Assembly (NCBI RefSeq): GCF_009914755.1
Contig: NC_060927.1
Source of the DNA: the human T2T-CHM13v2.0 reference genome, Homo sapiens
Strand: one strand, 5' to 3'
Length of the DNA: 64,000 nt
Shown: piece after piece, positions 36,365 to 49,378 of the stretch
Layout: every line of letters starts with the position of its first letter
Numbering within the stretch: the stretch's first letter is position 1
Translations under genes and position numbers: made by a program
The notes under the pieces: model-generated
What the model was told of the DNA's origin: nothing
Database searches by the model: none
Seen by the model: the letters and a program-made list of their open reading frames with translations, nothing else

Positions 36365-37037
36365 GTATGAAGCAAGGCAAAGGAGAGAGAAAGCAGAAGT
36401 TGGGTAATGCTTAGTGGTGTGAATTTGGAGCAGAAAAATAACATGAGCCAATGTGTAACAGAATTCCTTGGAAACCTCAAAAATTCTGTTTAAATGTGAT
36501 AATTTTAAAGCTAATAAGGCTTAATGAGAAGAAAATAGTTCTTTGTGTATAAACATTTTGAGAAAGAGAATCAAAAGACGCTGAAATGCTTCAGTCTGTG
36601 CACAAATATCTGTGAATATCTGTACCTAACAGAAGTTTTATCTTTTGCCTCTTCCCTCTCTGCTCCATGCACAAACTTACTCATGGTGACACTCCATCCA
36701 CTGATGATGTCTTTTTTTGTCAAATAAAATGTTGAACATTCTTGAAAAAAGCTTGAAGGGACTATCACTGCCCTTCTATATCTAGTGACGTCTTTTTGTT
36801 CAAGAAGGTAGGTTCACTCTGTGTAAAGTTTTACCTGGACTTGAATGTGAGATTGTAACACTGCCAACAAAAGCAACATTCCATGTCTCGAATTGAAATG
36901 TAATCTGTCAACCCATTTAAAACAAAAAAACAAAATTACAACAAATTTAGGTTAGATATTTAATTGGCTTTTATTTACAATTCATGAATGTGGGCAGCAT
37001 CTCATTTTATAAAATAGAATAAGAACTCCGATGAGCT

Positions 37038-37608
37038 TGTTGGATACAGTGAGTTCTAAACTTCTCTTCAAAGAATCAGTATGTCAGTATGTTCAGTTCT
37101 TTGTCCTCCATTTTAAAGTTTAACTTCCTCGTAGTTTCAGTAAGCAACCTTTCCCACCAGTTTTAATCAGTAGTTCACATCTGTTCCCCTGGTCACCTGC
37201 TCTGACCTGAGTCATCCCAGTCACCTGCTCTGACCTGAGTCATCCCAGTCACCTGCTCTGACCTGAGTCATCCCAGTCACCTGCTCTGACCTGAGTCAGT
37301 TTTAGTCACCGGTTCTGTCCCACCAAACTGCTCACCCCGCCACTCTGGCTCATACCCCTGCTCTCTTTAAAATACCCAATCAGAATTAGCTTAGACTGTG
37401 CAGTCCAACCCTAGCCAACAGGGGAACGACACAGCAGTAGGGGCAATAAGAACCCCTTCCCCTCCCTCGTTCAGGTGTGCTCTCGCCATTGCTCCAACCA
37501 TGAGTCGCACCCTACTACAGAAGTAAAATTACCCTGCTGAGAGAAAATTATTTGTTTGAGCACTAGTTCGTCTTTTCGGCATCGAAGAACAAGCATTTGT
37601 TTCTAACA
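37038..37608 (+). mobile_element. LTR10A (HERV-IP10) solo LTR
   Basis: tgttggatacagtgagttctaaacttctcttcaaagaatcagtatgtcagtatgttcag ... ttctaaca; TSD AGCT at 37034-37037 and 37609-37612. Confidence 0.88.
37192..37298 (+). repeat. 28-bp tandem array with AP-1 sites inside LTR10A
   Basis: gtcacctgctctgacctgagtcatccca x3 identical plus a partial fourth; TGAGTCA at 37208, 37236, 37264 and 37292. Confidence 0.95.
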
Positions 37609-37897
37609 AGCTGAGCAGAGGAGGTTGGCTTTGTAGGCAGAAAAGAGTTGAAGAAAACAGAACAAAAAGCAGATTAGTCATTTCAAAGTTACTATCGATA
37701 TAGAGTTAAAACAGGGAATTCCTTATTACACTGGTTCAGATAAACTGGGCTGCCCCTGATTGTTTCCTGTGAATAATGTGGGTTTTTTGGTTTGTTTGTT
37801 TTTGTTTTTTTAATACTGGCTTGTTTCAAAGTTCAGTTTGATTATGTAGCACCTAGCATGAGTGAATCCGTTCTGGTTTGTTATAGTCTGTTGGGGC

Positions 37898-38366
37898 TGT
37901 GAAAGGAAACTGAATCTTAGGGTCCCCAAATCACTAAGCAAAAGGGAAAAGTCAAGCTGGGAACTGCTTAGGGCAAACCTGCCTCCCATTCTATTCAAAG
38001 TCATCCCTCTACTCACTGAGATAAAAGCATATCTGATTGTCTGCTTTGGAAAGGCTCATCAGAAACTCAAAAGAATGCAATCATTTGTCTCTTACCTACC
38101 TATGACCTGGAAGCCCCTCCCCACTTTGTTTTCCCACCTTTGCTTCTAGTTGTCCCACCTTTCAGGACCGAACCGATGTTCATCTTACATACGTTGGTTG
38201 AAGTTTCATGTCTCCCTAACATGTATAAAACCAAACTGTGCCCCGACCACCTTGGGCACATGTTGTCAGGATCTGCTGAGGCTGTGTCATGGGGGCACAT
38301 CCTCCACCTTGGCAAAATAAGCTTTCTAAATTAACTGAGACCTATCTCAGATACTCGGAGTTCACA
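37898..38366 (+). mobile_element. MER4A-like solo LTR
   Basis: tgtgaaaggaaa..ccccaaatcactaagc..gggaaaagtcaagctgggaactgc ... gagttcaca; TSD GGGC at 37894-37897 and 38367-38370. Confidence 0.88.
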
Positions 38367-38530
38367 GGGCCAAGTATAGGCACTTACTCTAAAACAAGGA
38401 TTTCATAAATTTATTTCGTACAGCAGTCATTGACATTTGTTCAGTTTCTATGTATGTTCAGGTGCATGCACATTCATGCACACAACAAACTGAATTTTAC
38501 TTTTTCCCTCTGACTCTACTGATTGTGTAA

Positions 38531-38926
<396 letters not shown>

Positions 38927-39062
38927 TGAGAGAACTTTGAGCAGACATGTAAAGAATAAAGTTTTCTTTTCCATCTGTCTTTTTCTCTCTGTTCCCACTT
39001 TAATGTTTCAAAATTGTTTTACATTAAGCTACTCATTGCATACATAAAATGATTTGGATTAA

Positions 39063-39066
<4 letters not shown>

Positions 39067-39102
<36 letters not shown>
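39067..39102. repeat. (TG)18 microsatellite
   Basis: Direct read. Confidence 0.95.
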
Positions 39103-39105
<3 letters not shown>

Positions 39106-39187
39106 TTAATTGTGGAATGACTCAATTGGTTCAGCAAAACAATTTCATTTAACAAAGAACTAATTTTTTCTTCAAATATATTATATT

Positions 39188-39325
39188 CTTTTTTTCAATT
39201 TTTGTTTTTAAGTTCCAAGGTACATGTGCAGGATGTGAAGGTTTGTTATAAAGGTAAACGTGTGCCATAGTGGTTTGCTGCACCTATTAACCCATCACCT
39301 AGGTATGAAGCCCAGCATAACATAG
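39188..39325 (-). mobile_element. L1PA 3' end fragment
   Basis: 'aagttccaaggtacatgtgcaggatgtgaaggtttgttataaaggtaaacgtgtgcc'. Confidence 0.8.
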
Positions 39326-40242
39326 AGCTAATCTTAAACCAAACTGCCTTCTAACATTCTATCCCCTATATTTGTATCTGAAAAGGTTCCATTATATTCT
39401 TTAGACTCTTCCAACATTTGCCTGCTAGAAATGAGAAGGTTTTTATAACATCTGATCCTATGTATTTATCACTCATAAATCAGAAACTCAATTTGAACCC
39501 TGTGAAGTATGGAGGTTTAAAGCAAACCTTTATTTAACATTTTGTATGTCAACATTTTTCCAAACTTGACCTGCCAAGTGGATTTAATAGCAGATGACTC
39601 TGGAACCTGAACAAGTGTTTGCTCTTATATTTCAACTATTAGTATTGAATTAAAGACTACAAGGTTTGGATCACATGGCAGACTTCTTTGATGCCTTATG
39701 CTGCTGATGCTGGCCAAGAAGAGGAACATCTGAGTATTTACATGTTTATGCCTGGGGAATTCTAAGAAATCTTTGGACATTTGACAAATATGTGCCTATA
39801 CCACTAAGCCTAAGATTGCATCCAAATCATGTGCAAATAATTTCTCATAGATGGGAAAAATATACTGATGCTAAAAAGATGTCATATGAGCTGTTTAAAA
39901 ATAACAGTCCAGGAAATTCACTTTTTGTGAATCTGAAATTATCTCTCAATTATCTCAATAATTGTCCAAAGTATAAGATCATCTGGGGAATGATGAAACC
40001 AATGAGAGACTCCGTTTAACATTTCTTGTGCATTTCCGATGAGTGCAAATTATACCACCTTTTTAACACATTACTATCTCCTTTTGTTCTCAAAGCAATC
40101 CACTAAAATGACGGCCAGTGCTACTTCCATCTCTAATTTTCTCTCCCATCAGCCTACTCATATGTATGCATTTGGTGGTTTACATTCATCAAGGTTATGG
40201 GGCTGCTTGCCCGTAGCTTATTCTACCTGCAAAATAAAGTAT

Positions 40243-40246
<4 letters not shown>

Positions 40247-40290
<44 letters not shown>
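40247..40290. repeat. (TA)22 microsatellite
   Basis: Direct read. Confidence 0.95.
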
Positions 40291-40293
<3 letters not shown>

Positions 40294-40635
40294 TTCTATT
40301 TCCAGCAACAGTGATTTATTTTAAAGTAGTTTGTCATCAGTCTTACCCTTGGCTATCATGATATACATTTGATTGTTCTCTCTACTTGCAAACTTGCCCT
40401 CCCCCAACATATACGAATTTAGGTTTGTATTGATAAACATTCAATGGTTTTTTTAATCAAGCATAGAAATGTAGAATACATCTGAACTCTTTAGCATGGT
40501 CTACACGCAGGTTGCCAAATCAAGCAAAATATATACATAATAAATATGTATGCATAAGTGTTATAAAATGTTACATTTTCTACATTTATAAAGTATACAT
40601 ATAAATATATACATTTAATTATCTATACACACACA

Positions 40636-41065
40636 CAGAGTTGATTATCATTATTTGCAGCACTCATATTCTATAAAGTTACTGACAGCACTGAATGAAG
40701 GAACACAGAATCACTGCCCCTAGAGGAAATAGTTGTTACTGAGAACCTCTACTTAAAACATTTTCATAAATCAATCAATACACAACCTTGTGTTATGCAT
40801 GTTTCTGTTTGAATACACTTTATTTTATACATAGTGTATTTAACACTATTATAGTATTAATTCATTAATGGTTGAACTCACAGCCAACAGTATCATAACT
40901 CATTCCTGAATGAAGGTTTTCTAGCACACATTATTTTCTTCATAAGACGTAGCACCGTCTTCTTGCATTTAGAAAGAACTGCATTTAAAAAGCACAATGC
41001 AAAAAGCAAACATAACAACAAATAGATTGTGAAAAAGACACGTGTAGTATGCGAGTTATAATTTA
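40636..41065. mobile_element. MER82-like (TcMar-Tigger) DNA transposon
   Basis: 'gttgattatcattatttgcag..ttctataaagttactg..ccctagaggaaata..gttgaactcacagccaacag'. Confidence 0.7.
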
Positions 41066-42464
41066 AGATCGTGTTATTTATATGTGTTTTTTTATTTTAA
41101 GCTGTCTCCCCAAGGTCCATGCTTATATCCATCTTGTTGTGCTAAGCCTGATATAATATCTGATACATGAAACCTTTTAAAATATTTGATGAAGAATGAA
41201 TGGTTTAAAGAATTAACAGAAGTGGTGTGAGGATATATGAAACAAGAGAATCCTTAGTTATGTATCTAAACCTAGTTACTCATTATTTCATTTATTGGCT
41301 CATTCTCCACATAGTTAGGGAGTACCTTGTGCCTAGGCACTATTCAAGGCTCTAAAAATGAAGCAAGTATAAGAAGACCAAGGCTCCTGTCCTCATGGAG
41401 CTTACACTCTGCTGGGGCAGACAGAAAGTAGACAGAAAATTCAGTTATAACTTACATCATCGCCATGAAGAAAACAAATCAATGTGTGGAAAGCCAGTGC
41501 AATAAATAGGACACTGACATCTTGACACTCCTCCCCCACCACTGTTTCACAATGTGCAGAGTAAATTAAACACACACAAACACTTCCATATATATTCAGT
41601 TAATTTTCACCACTCTGTATGCAGAGAACAGTGTAAATGACATAAACAGTGATAGAGAAAAGCAATTAAATTCAAAATAATCAGTATGTTAATAATGTAA
41701 CTTTTTCAAAGGGTTTTTGCAAAGATTTTAATTTATTTATGAAACACAAGTTTATTGAATACATTTTATGTCAGGCATTCTTATAGGCACAGAGGCAGAA
41801 AACTTAAGATTGTATTTCAGGGAAGGGAAACATTCTAAACAAATTCCAATCTTCAGGCATCTGATTTAGAGCAGCGAGAACATGATATATGAATGTGTTA
41901 GCACTCTATATCCTCAGCATGTTAATCCTCATGAAACTAAGCCTTTAGTAAAGCTCGTGTATTAAACATGCCTGTTCTTTTAAAACAAATGGCAATCCTC
42001 ATAAACAGTGTGTCCATTAACAAAAATCCACCTATTTTGATTTTTAAACTCCATAAAGCTCAGAGTGCAACCTGCTGCTGAAAGTTGACTTTTTCTCTGT
42101 TGCTTGGGACATATGGATTTTGACAGTAGAGTTGTAGAAACTGTTTAGCTATTTTTAAACCATGAGTTGCTCATTCTCATGTTAACGCTTGAGTATTTCT
42201 TACAGGCTAGGTAGGGAAACTTGGGTGAGATGTTTGTGATTAAACACATAATTTTGACAAGTTACCTAAAGCTCTCCTTATGTGTTTGTGCTATAGTCCA
42301 CAGGTATAATGCCTCTCCTACTTAACCATGTGTGTATTACATGTGGTATATTTTTACATGTGGTATTATTATATATGGTATACATTATATAGGTATTATA
42401 TGTGGTATATATTATATAGGTATAATTATATATACATATATATCATATAGGTATAATTATTATT

Positions 42465-43065
42465 ATGTGAATCAGAGGATCACATAAAATAATCATGTCA
42501 TCCTCTGCTGGAAACAATGCATTGACTTCCCACTGAATCTAGAATAAAATGTAACCTCCTTACCATTTCCTGCAATACTTAACCTTCTAATAGCCTTGAT
42601 CACCTTTCCAGCTTCTCTCCTTTACATTGTCCCACTTATTCTTTCCTTTCTGGTCTCACTTGACAACTTTCAGTCTTTCAAACACACTGAACTCTTTCTT
42701 TGCCACTAGTTCTCTCTGCCTGGAGTATTTTTACTTCCACTTTTCACATACTTGGCTGTTTTCATTTTCCAGATTTCTGCTTAATTTTCACATCATCAGA
42801 AAGAACTGCACTTATTATTTACCACTGCAAAGGGGCCCTACTCCGATTCATTGTCTCATAGCACCCTGCTCATCTTATATAATGTTTATCTGAATTGTTT
42901 TGCTATGTTTAGACATTTACTTATTGGAGGTTTCTCTACAGCCAAATAGGCTCTAAATCCCGATGAGGAAAGGAGCATCGGTGCTTTATTCACCACTGTA
43001 TGTCTACTACAAGTACAGGGTGGACACATGAGGGGTCTTAACCATTACTTCAGTATAAATGAATT
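42465..43065. mobile_element. L2 fragment
   Basis: L2 3'-region motifs ('aatcatgtcatcctctgctggaaac', 'gctttattcaccactgtat', 'aaatgaatta'). Confidence 0.6.
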
Positions 43066-44896
43066 AATATATAATGTAAGGGTTTAGGATCTTTCACTAC
43101 TAGCTTACTTCAAGGAAAGATCAGGGACACTGTGTTGAGAAGACCTTACATTGTTCTTGGTTTAGCCATTGTGTCTCTTTTACTTTAGCCAAGTTGTTCC
43201 GCATTTTTGGATTTTGATTCTTATTTGTAAATTATAAATAACAGATATAATTAATATAAACACACTATATAATGTAAAAACATAAGGTGCTATTATAATA
43301 ATCAATAATGTATTTTAAAAGCAGATAATTCCATGGATCCTCACATTTCCTTATAGACTTCTAGTTTTTCATCAATAAAGCACAAAAGATATAGAGTAAA
43401 TGCAAGAAAATAAAATCTCTGTGACCCTTTTTGATTTCCTATTTCCAATCCTCTTTTTACCCCTAGTTTAGCAATGTCTTTATTGCCATTCTTTATTTCT
43501 CCAATGGTTTATGTAATATAAAATTATAATAATAAACTTGATAAATTTAGTTAATGAGGAAATTTATGGAATGAGTAAAAAATACAAGTAAGGAAGACAA
43601 TTTTTTTTACCACTTCTGAAGACTGTTGTTAGTTAATAGAACAATATAGTTGACCCTGGGCAGTGAAATTATATTCATTGTCCAATCACAACATCTGATC
43701 AATGGCTCATTAATATCTAATAGTAATTACTTATATTGCTTCACAGTTTTTTTTAATCTAAAATATAAAGTTCTTATTGAGAAAAGAAAAACAGATAAGA
43801 CATTGGTCTTCATAATTTCCAATGTTCTCTGTTATCCAGTTATTTATTCAGGGAGAAATCTTAGGAAAATCTATGAAAAATTAGAGGAATGATACTCTTT
43901 CTGGAGAATTAATTTACCTGCTACTGCTTCTTCCCACTATCCTATTAGAGGCATAATTGACTTAGACACACGGGATATGCCAACCTCATTAAACCTGAGA
44001 GCCCATAATGTGCAGAATCACAGATCTAAATAGCTTCTTTTAAGTTTCCTTATGCCACATATTTGTATGCCATAGAATACTGCCTATGGTGGGACGTGCT
44101 TCTTGCAGGATACTTGGAGGCCATCTGTTTATTCTGGCATGAGATCCTCTATGACATTTGAAGACTTGGTAGCACTTAGTTTTTAGTTTACTTCCCATTA
44201 ATAAAAAAATAAATAAAAATAAGTTTGCTTTCTATTTGTATCACATACATAATCAACATTTCCATGTGTAAAACAGAAGGTATGAGCAAATCTGAACATA
44301 ATTGTTTAGAACTTCTCCTGCAGCTCCCTGGGGGAATTGTGTCTCAAACGCCATCAGTATAGGTTATCAACAAGATGAGAATTGAAAAGCCCAATTAGAG
44401 ATTAGAATAGGGATAGCTGATAAGAAACATGACCAAGCTCCCCAAATTCAGCTTGGGAAGTCAAATTAAAGTACAGAGGGTGAAGTGGTCTGCATCAGCT
44501 GCCAATGAGGAATGGCAATATTTAAACAATATAAGCAAGGAACTCAGAATTCATTGGCCAATTGGAGGTCAAAAGCCCAGGTTTGGAATTAGGATAAGAT
44601 TTTGCTGTGAAAGTGAGTGTCTGATTCATCTTCATTCTAGACAGACAGTTCCAACACTTTTTAAGTCTCAAAGTCCCTTTCTATTGATGCACCCCAATTA
44701 ACTATGAGGAATCACTGCTCTGAGATCTAATTAATTCTAATGTTGGTTTCAGGGTTCCCTTCTGTACCAGCAGTAGTAGCACATGGAATTTTGTGGGATT
44801 TTGACAAGGAAATTACATTACTAACATATCTTGAAGGGATTCCTATAACAGTTTCTTGATACCATAACAGGTTCAGGTCACTAAGAGTCCTGCCAA

Positions 44897-45178
44897 AGTC
44901 CAGGCATGGTGGTTCACTCCTGTAATCCCAGTACTTTGAAAGGCCAAGGCAGGTGGATCATGAGGTCAGGAGTTCAAGACCAGCCTGTCCAACATGGTGA
45001 AACCCCGTCTCTACAAAAGATACAAAAAACTAGCCGAGTGTGGTGGTGCACACCTGTAATCCCAGCTATTCAGGAGGCTGAGGCAGGAGAATCGCTTGAA
45101 CCTTGAAGGCGGAGGTTGCAGCGAGCCCAGATGGCACCATTGCACTCCAGCCTGGATGATGGGGCAAGACTCCATCTC

Positions 45179-45204
<26 letters not shown>
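44897..45204 (+). mobile_element. AluS (Sg-like)
   Basis: Full Alu with a long A-tail; TSD aagagt(c/t)ctgc(c/a)aa at 44883-44896 and 45205-45218. Confidence 0.95.
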
Positions 45205-45209
<5 letters not shown>

Positions 45210-45549
45210 TTCTGCAAAGACTTCAGTTTCTTAAAGAAAAAGAAGATGTGTTAATTTGTATGATTTGCCTATTTTTTTCTGTTGTAAATACTCACAGCAT
45301 GGTCAGTTTCAAGTTATCAAAAAGTTAAAATTCCTGAATTCTTCACATTGGTGTTCTCTAACTGATTCAAACAGGCTCTGGCCCATCACTGCTGGTTATA
45401 CAAACCTTCTAGAATGAGGAAGGAAATTAACTTTTCCAAGATCTCCAGATTATGAGATAAGGTCAATCTCCTTCTTTTGTGTACTGAATTTGAACCCGGT
45501 CTTTCTTAGTTGGGAAATTCACTCTTACATGTGTTATCTTTTTATTCTG

Positions 45550-47290
45550 CTATATTGGATCTTCTCTCTCAGCTGACACATTTTCAATAGCTAATAAACA
45601 GTTTCTGCCATCAGACATTCTTAATAAAAAGCCATACCTTGACCCCACACGTAATGGCAACCTAAATTTTCTACTCTGCTTCCCAGCAAAACTTCGTAAA
45701 ATAATTTTTTTATTGTTCTCATCACTTCTACTTACATTCCACAGGGACTTGACTCTTAGCCACCAATAATCTCTAGATTGCCAAATTAAATAGTGTCATT
45801 TTTACTTCTATCTCAATCTTTTATTAGCTTTAGACAGGGATCGCTACACCCTTCTTCTGGGAGCTTTTTTATCCTCGGTTTCATTGACACTAAACAATGT
45901 TGGTTTTTTTCTTTCTAACCTCTCCTTCTTGATCTCAGAATTCCAACTCTTGAAATGTTTCAAGACGTTATCCTTGGGTCTCCTTTCCTTTTTTTGTCTA
46001 CACACTCAGGACTGGTGATTTCATTCAATACAAAGTGTTAAAAAGTCCCAAATCTCAATCTCAAGCCTGATTTCTCCTCAGAATTCCAGAATTATATATC
46101 CAAATGTCTATTGGATATTTCCATTTGAATGTCTGATAAACATTTCAAATTTAACATGTCCTGAACAACATTTTTGTTCTATTCCAGGTGCTGGCAAACT
46201 ATAGCTGTGAGTCAAATCTGGGTCACATAATTTTGTTCAATAAAATTTTATTGGAACTCAACCACACCAATTGTTTGCATTTGTCTATAGCTTATTTCAC
46301 ACTGCCACAGAGACCTCTTTAGTCTGCAAATACTAAAACATTTATTATCTGGCTCTTTATAGAAAGTTGGCCAACAGCTGACCTATATACCAAATTTGCT
46401 CTTCTTGAAGTACGTATTTATCTGAGTTGATAACACTACCTTAAGTTTATATCTCAAGTCAAAATTCTCATAATTGTCTTTAATGTTCATCCTTTTCTTG
46501 CCTACTACCCCCAACACATCAGCAGTTCATATGGGCTTTACCTTGAAAATAAACCCTAAATCTAGTTTTAAAATGTCCACTGAAACCACCAATGTTGCTT
46601 GAAGCATTGAAACAACTTCCTAATGATTTCCTTGCCAATTTTTTTTTACCCTTTTACAACTTTATAGTCTTCTTAAGTTATAGAAAATTCTTCTTAAATC
46701 ACATATCAGATCATCTTTTCCTTGCTTAAAATCATCCAATGGGTATGTATTTCTCTTAGAATTTTCTCAACTCCCTACCTTCTCTTACAAAGTTCTGCAT
46801 AATCTGGATTCTTACTCCTCCGCCTACCAGTTCTCTTCTCGCTCTTGGCCCACTGAACTGCAGCTGCACTGAGCTTTCTCTTACTCCAACATGCTAATTT
46901 TTCAGTTCTGGCCCTTTGAGCTAGCTGGGTTCTCTGCCTGGAATTCTCTCATGAACGCCTTTCATGAATGTCTCCTTCTCATCAATCAGGTTTCAGTTCA
47001 AATGTCACTTCTTTCAAGAAGCTTCTTCTTAATAATTCATTCTAACAGAGTCGTACAAGTATATATCATATTATCACTTACCTAGTTTTTAATGTTCTTC
47101 AAAGCATTTTAACTATAAGATAGGTCTTCTATTTACTTATTTTTGTATTTATTTGTTTGCTGGTGATTTTTCTGCCTCTTCAAAATAGAATATAAATTCT
47201 CCAAGAATAGGAATCATTTCTGTCTTGTTCATTGAAGCATCCATAGTATTTAGGACAATGGTGAACAATATTGGTTGAATGGATGAATAC
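45550..47290. mobile_element. L2 fragment interrupted by MER58A
   Basis: L2 motifs 'gaattccagaattatatatccaaatgtctattggatatttccatttgaatgtc' and terminal 'tattggttgaatggatgaa'. Confidence 0.65.
46185..46380. mobile_element. MER58A DNA transposon
   Basis: TIRs caggtgctggcaaact ... aaagttggccaacagctg. Confidence 0.7.
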
Positions 47291-48324
47291 TCAGCTATTA
47301 TATTCCAGAGAGGTTTCTCAAGGTGGTCTTGAAGAATGTGGGCCAGGTTAATTTTCTTAGACTAATTATGAAGGCAGAAGGAAGAGCAATCTATTCTATT
47401 AATTTAAGTAATGTAAGTATCCCTATAAAAGAATTAATTTATTTTTATTGTATTTTTCTTAAATATAAATAAGTGTAACATTAGTTATAAACTCTTATAT
47501 TTGCTACTTTTATGCACTAAAACCAAAACAATTACCATAAATTAATCAAATTAAGATGTTTACTTATGCAATTATTTTATTAGTTGCCCTGATAAACTCT
47601 TTGAGGGCTGGATCCATGTACGAATGTGCTCACTAATGCGTCATCTGTGGTTGAAAACATTGGCTGGGACATAGAGTTTGGCAAATACTTGTGGTAAATT
47701 AGTGCTGAATAGTAAATAAATACATGGCCTCTGCAATCAAGGTATGTGTGTCTAGTAGGATAGGCTTAAAGACACAAACCAGTTGACCATCCATCTGCTA
47801 GAAAATTCCTCAGAACAACTCTGAGCTTCAATATTAATTGTGGGCATTTATCGGCACTAACTATGGTACACTCTTAAAGAAATAACAATAACTGAACCCT
47901 TATAACAAGCTTTGAAAGCATTTATACTCTGATTATTTCCTTATTACAAGATGAAGGTGAGAAGAAACTGGGAGGTTGTCTGGCCACAGTTAATAAGTAG
48001 TAGAGCCAGGATTTACAGCCAGTGGGTCTGTATATAGAGCCTGAGTTCCATTGATTCCCAGCTAATGAGGGAGTAAATGATTCTTTTTCATTGGCAATGA
48101 CCCAGATCCCAGAATCACAAGTTATATCCCACTAGAGCAGACTGGATTTTACTCATTAAGGTTGCATTTTTAACAAGATAATTCATTCCTACTGCTCGAT
48201 ACAGTAGCTATAGACAGTTACTTTTATCTAAATTACTCACCAAAATTTGAAGGTAGAAGGAATTTAGAAATACTCTTGTCCCACCTCTTCATTTTTCAAC
48301 TGAGGAATCCAGAGTTCTAGGGAG

Positions 48325-48525
48325 ATTAAAGTTACATAGCTAGGTAATAACAAAACTAGGAGGAGAAACTAGAATCGTTTTCCTCTGAATCACATGCCCT
48401 CTCAAATTTTGCCTGTGTTTAATGCCAGAAGGGCAAAAACAAAAAAAACAACAAAAAAGTTTGCTTTCCCTTAGCAGAAAAGTAAAAACAGATCACCTAA
48501 ATATTTCTGTCCTACTGTGCTTTAC
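48325..48525 (+). repeat. 201-bp duplicated segment, donor copy
   Basis: Identical by eye to 49178-49378, including homopolymer lengths. Confidence 0.95.
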
Positions 48526-49177
48526 TTTTGGAATCATTGCCAGAATGTGGTAGTCTGCTCATCAACTGTTGGAAATATAATCCTTCTGTATCTTTCAGAT
48601 GATCGGGAATCCTTTTCATTTATGCATGCATACTTACACTCACCTTTCCATTCCTTTATTTACTTATTCATCAAGCATTTCTTGCATGGCAATTATGTGC
48701 AGAGCTTTGTACTTGGTAAAGGGGAAAATAAAGAATAGTTGAACATGATTTTATTCAAATTGATTCTATCCTCTATTACATTTTATTTTTTAATTTGCCT
48801 GAAGTCCCTTCAAAGGTAGACAGGTTGTAATTTCTCAATAAAATAGATATGAAAAACCAACAAAATCTTCTAGCATCAATGTGGCAATTAGCTGCTGACT
48901 GCAACATGTATTTTCTTAAAGTTGCTATGTTTCTGCTTCTATCAATATTAATAGCTAATATTATTGAGTGTTTAATATGTGCCAAGCACTCTGTTAAACA
49001 CTCCATGTATGTTAACTCATTTAATCTCCTCAGCAGTTCCACAAGGACATATAGTTATTATATGTATTTATAGCATAAGGTTACACTCCTATTAAGTGGT
49101 AGGAAATCCAAACTTTCTTTCTCCAGGGAGTATATGCTTAATTGCTTTATCAAATTTGTAAATTGATAAATTTGTAA

Positions 49178-49378
49178 ATTAAAGTTACATAGCTAGGTAA
49201 TAACAAAACTAGGAGGAGAAACTAGAATCGTTTTCCTCTGAATCACATGCCCTCTCAAATTTTGCCTGTGTTTAATGCCAGAAGGGCAAAAACAAAAAAA
49301 ACAACAAAAAAGTTTGCTTTCCCTTAGCAGAAAAGTAAAAACAGATCACCTAAATATTTCTGTCCTACTGTGCTTTAC
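49178..49378 (+). repeat. 201-bp duplicated segment, inserted copy
   Basis: Identical to 48325-48525; junctions carry palindromes and short direct repeats. Confidence 0.95.

Larger units (their letters stand above)
36906..38422 (-). mobile_element. MER31/MER67-like ERV1 LTR hosting two younger LTRs
   Basis: After removing the inserts, the minus strand reads 'tg..aaataaatttat..ggccccaacagac..aaaccagaacggattcactcatgctaggtgctacataatcaaactgaactttgaaa'. Confidence 0.65.
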
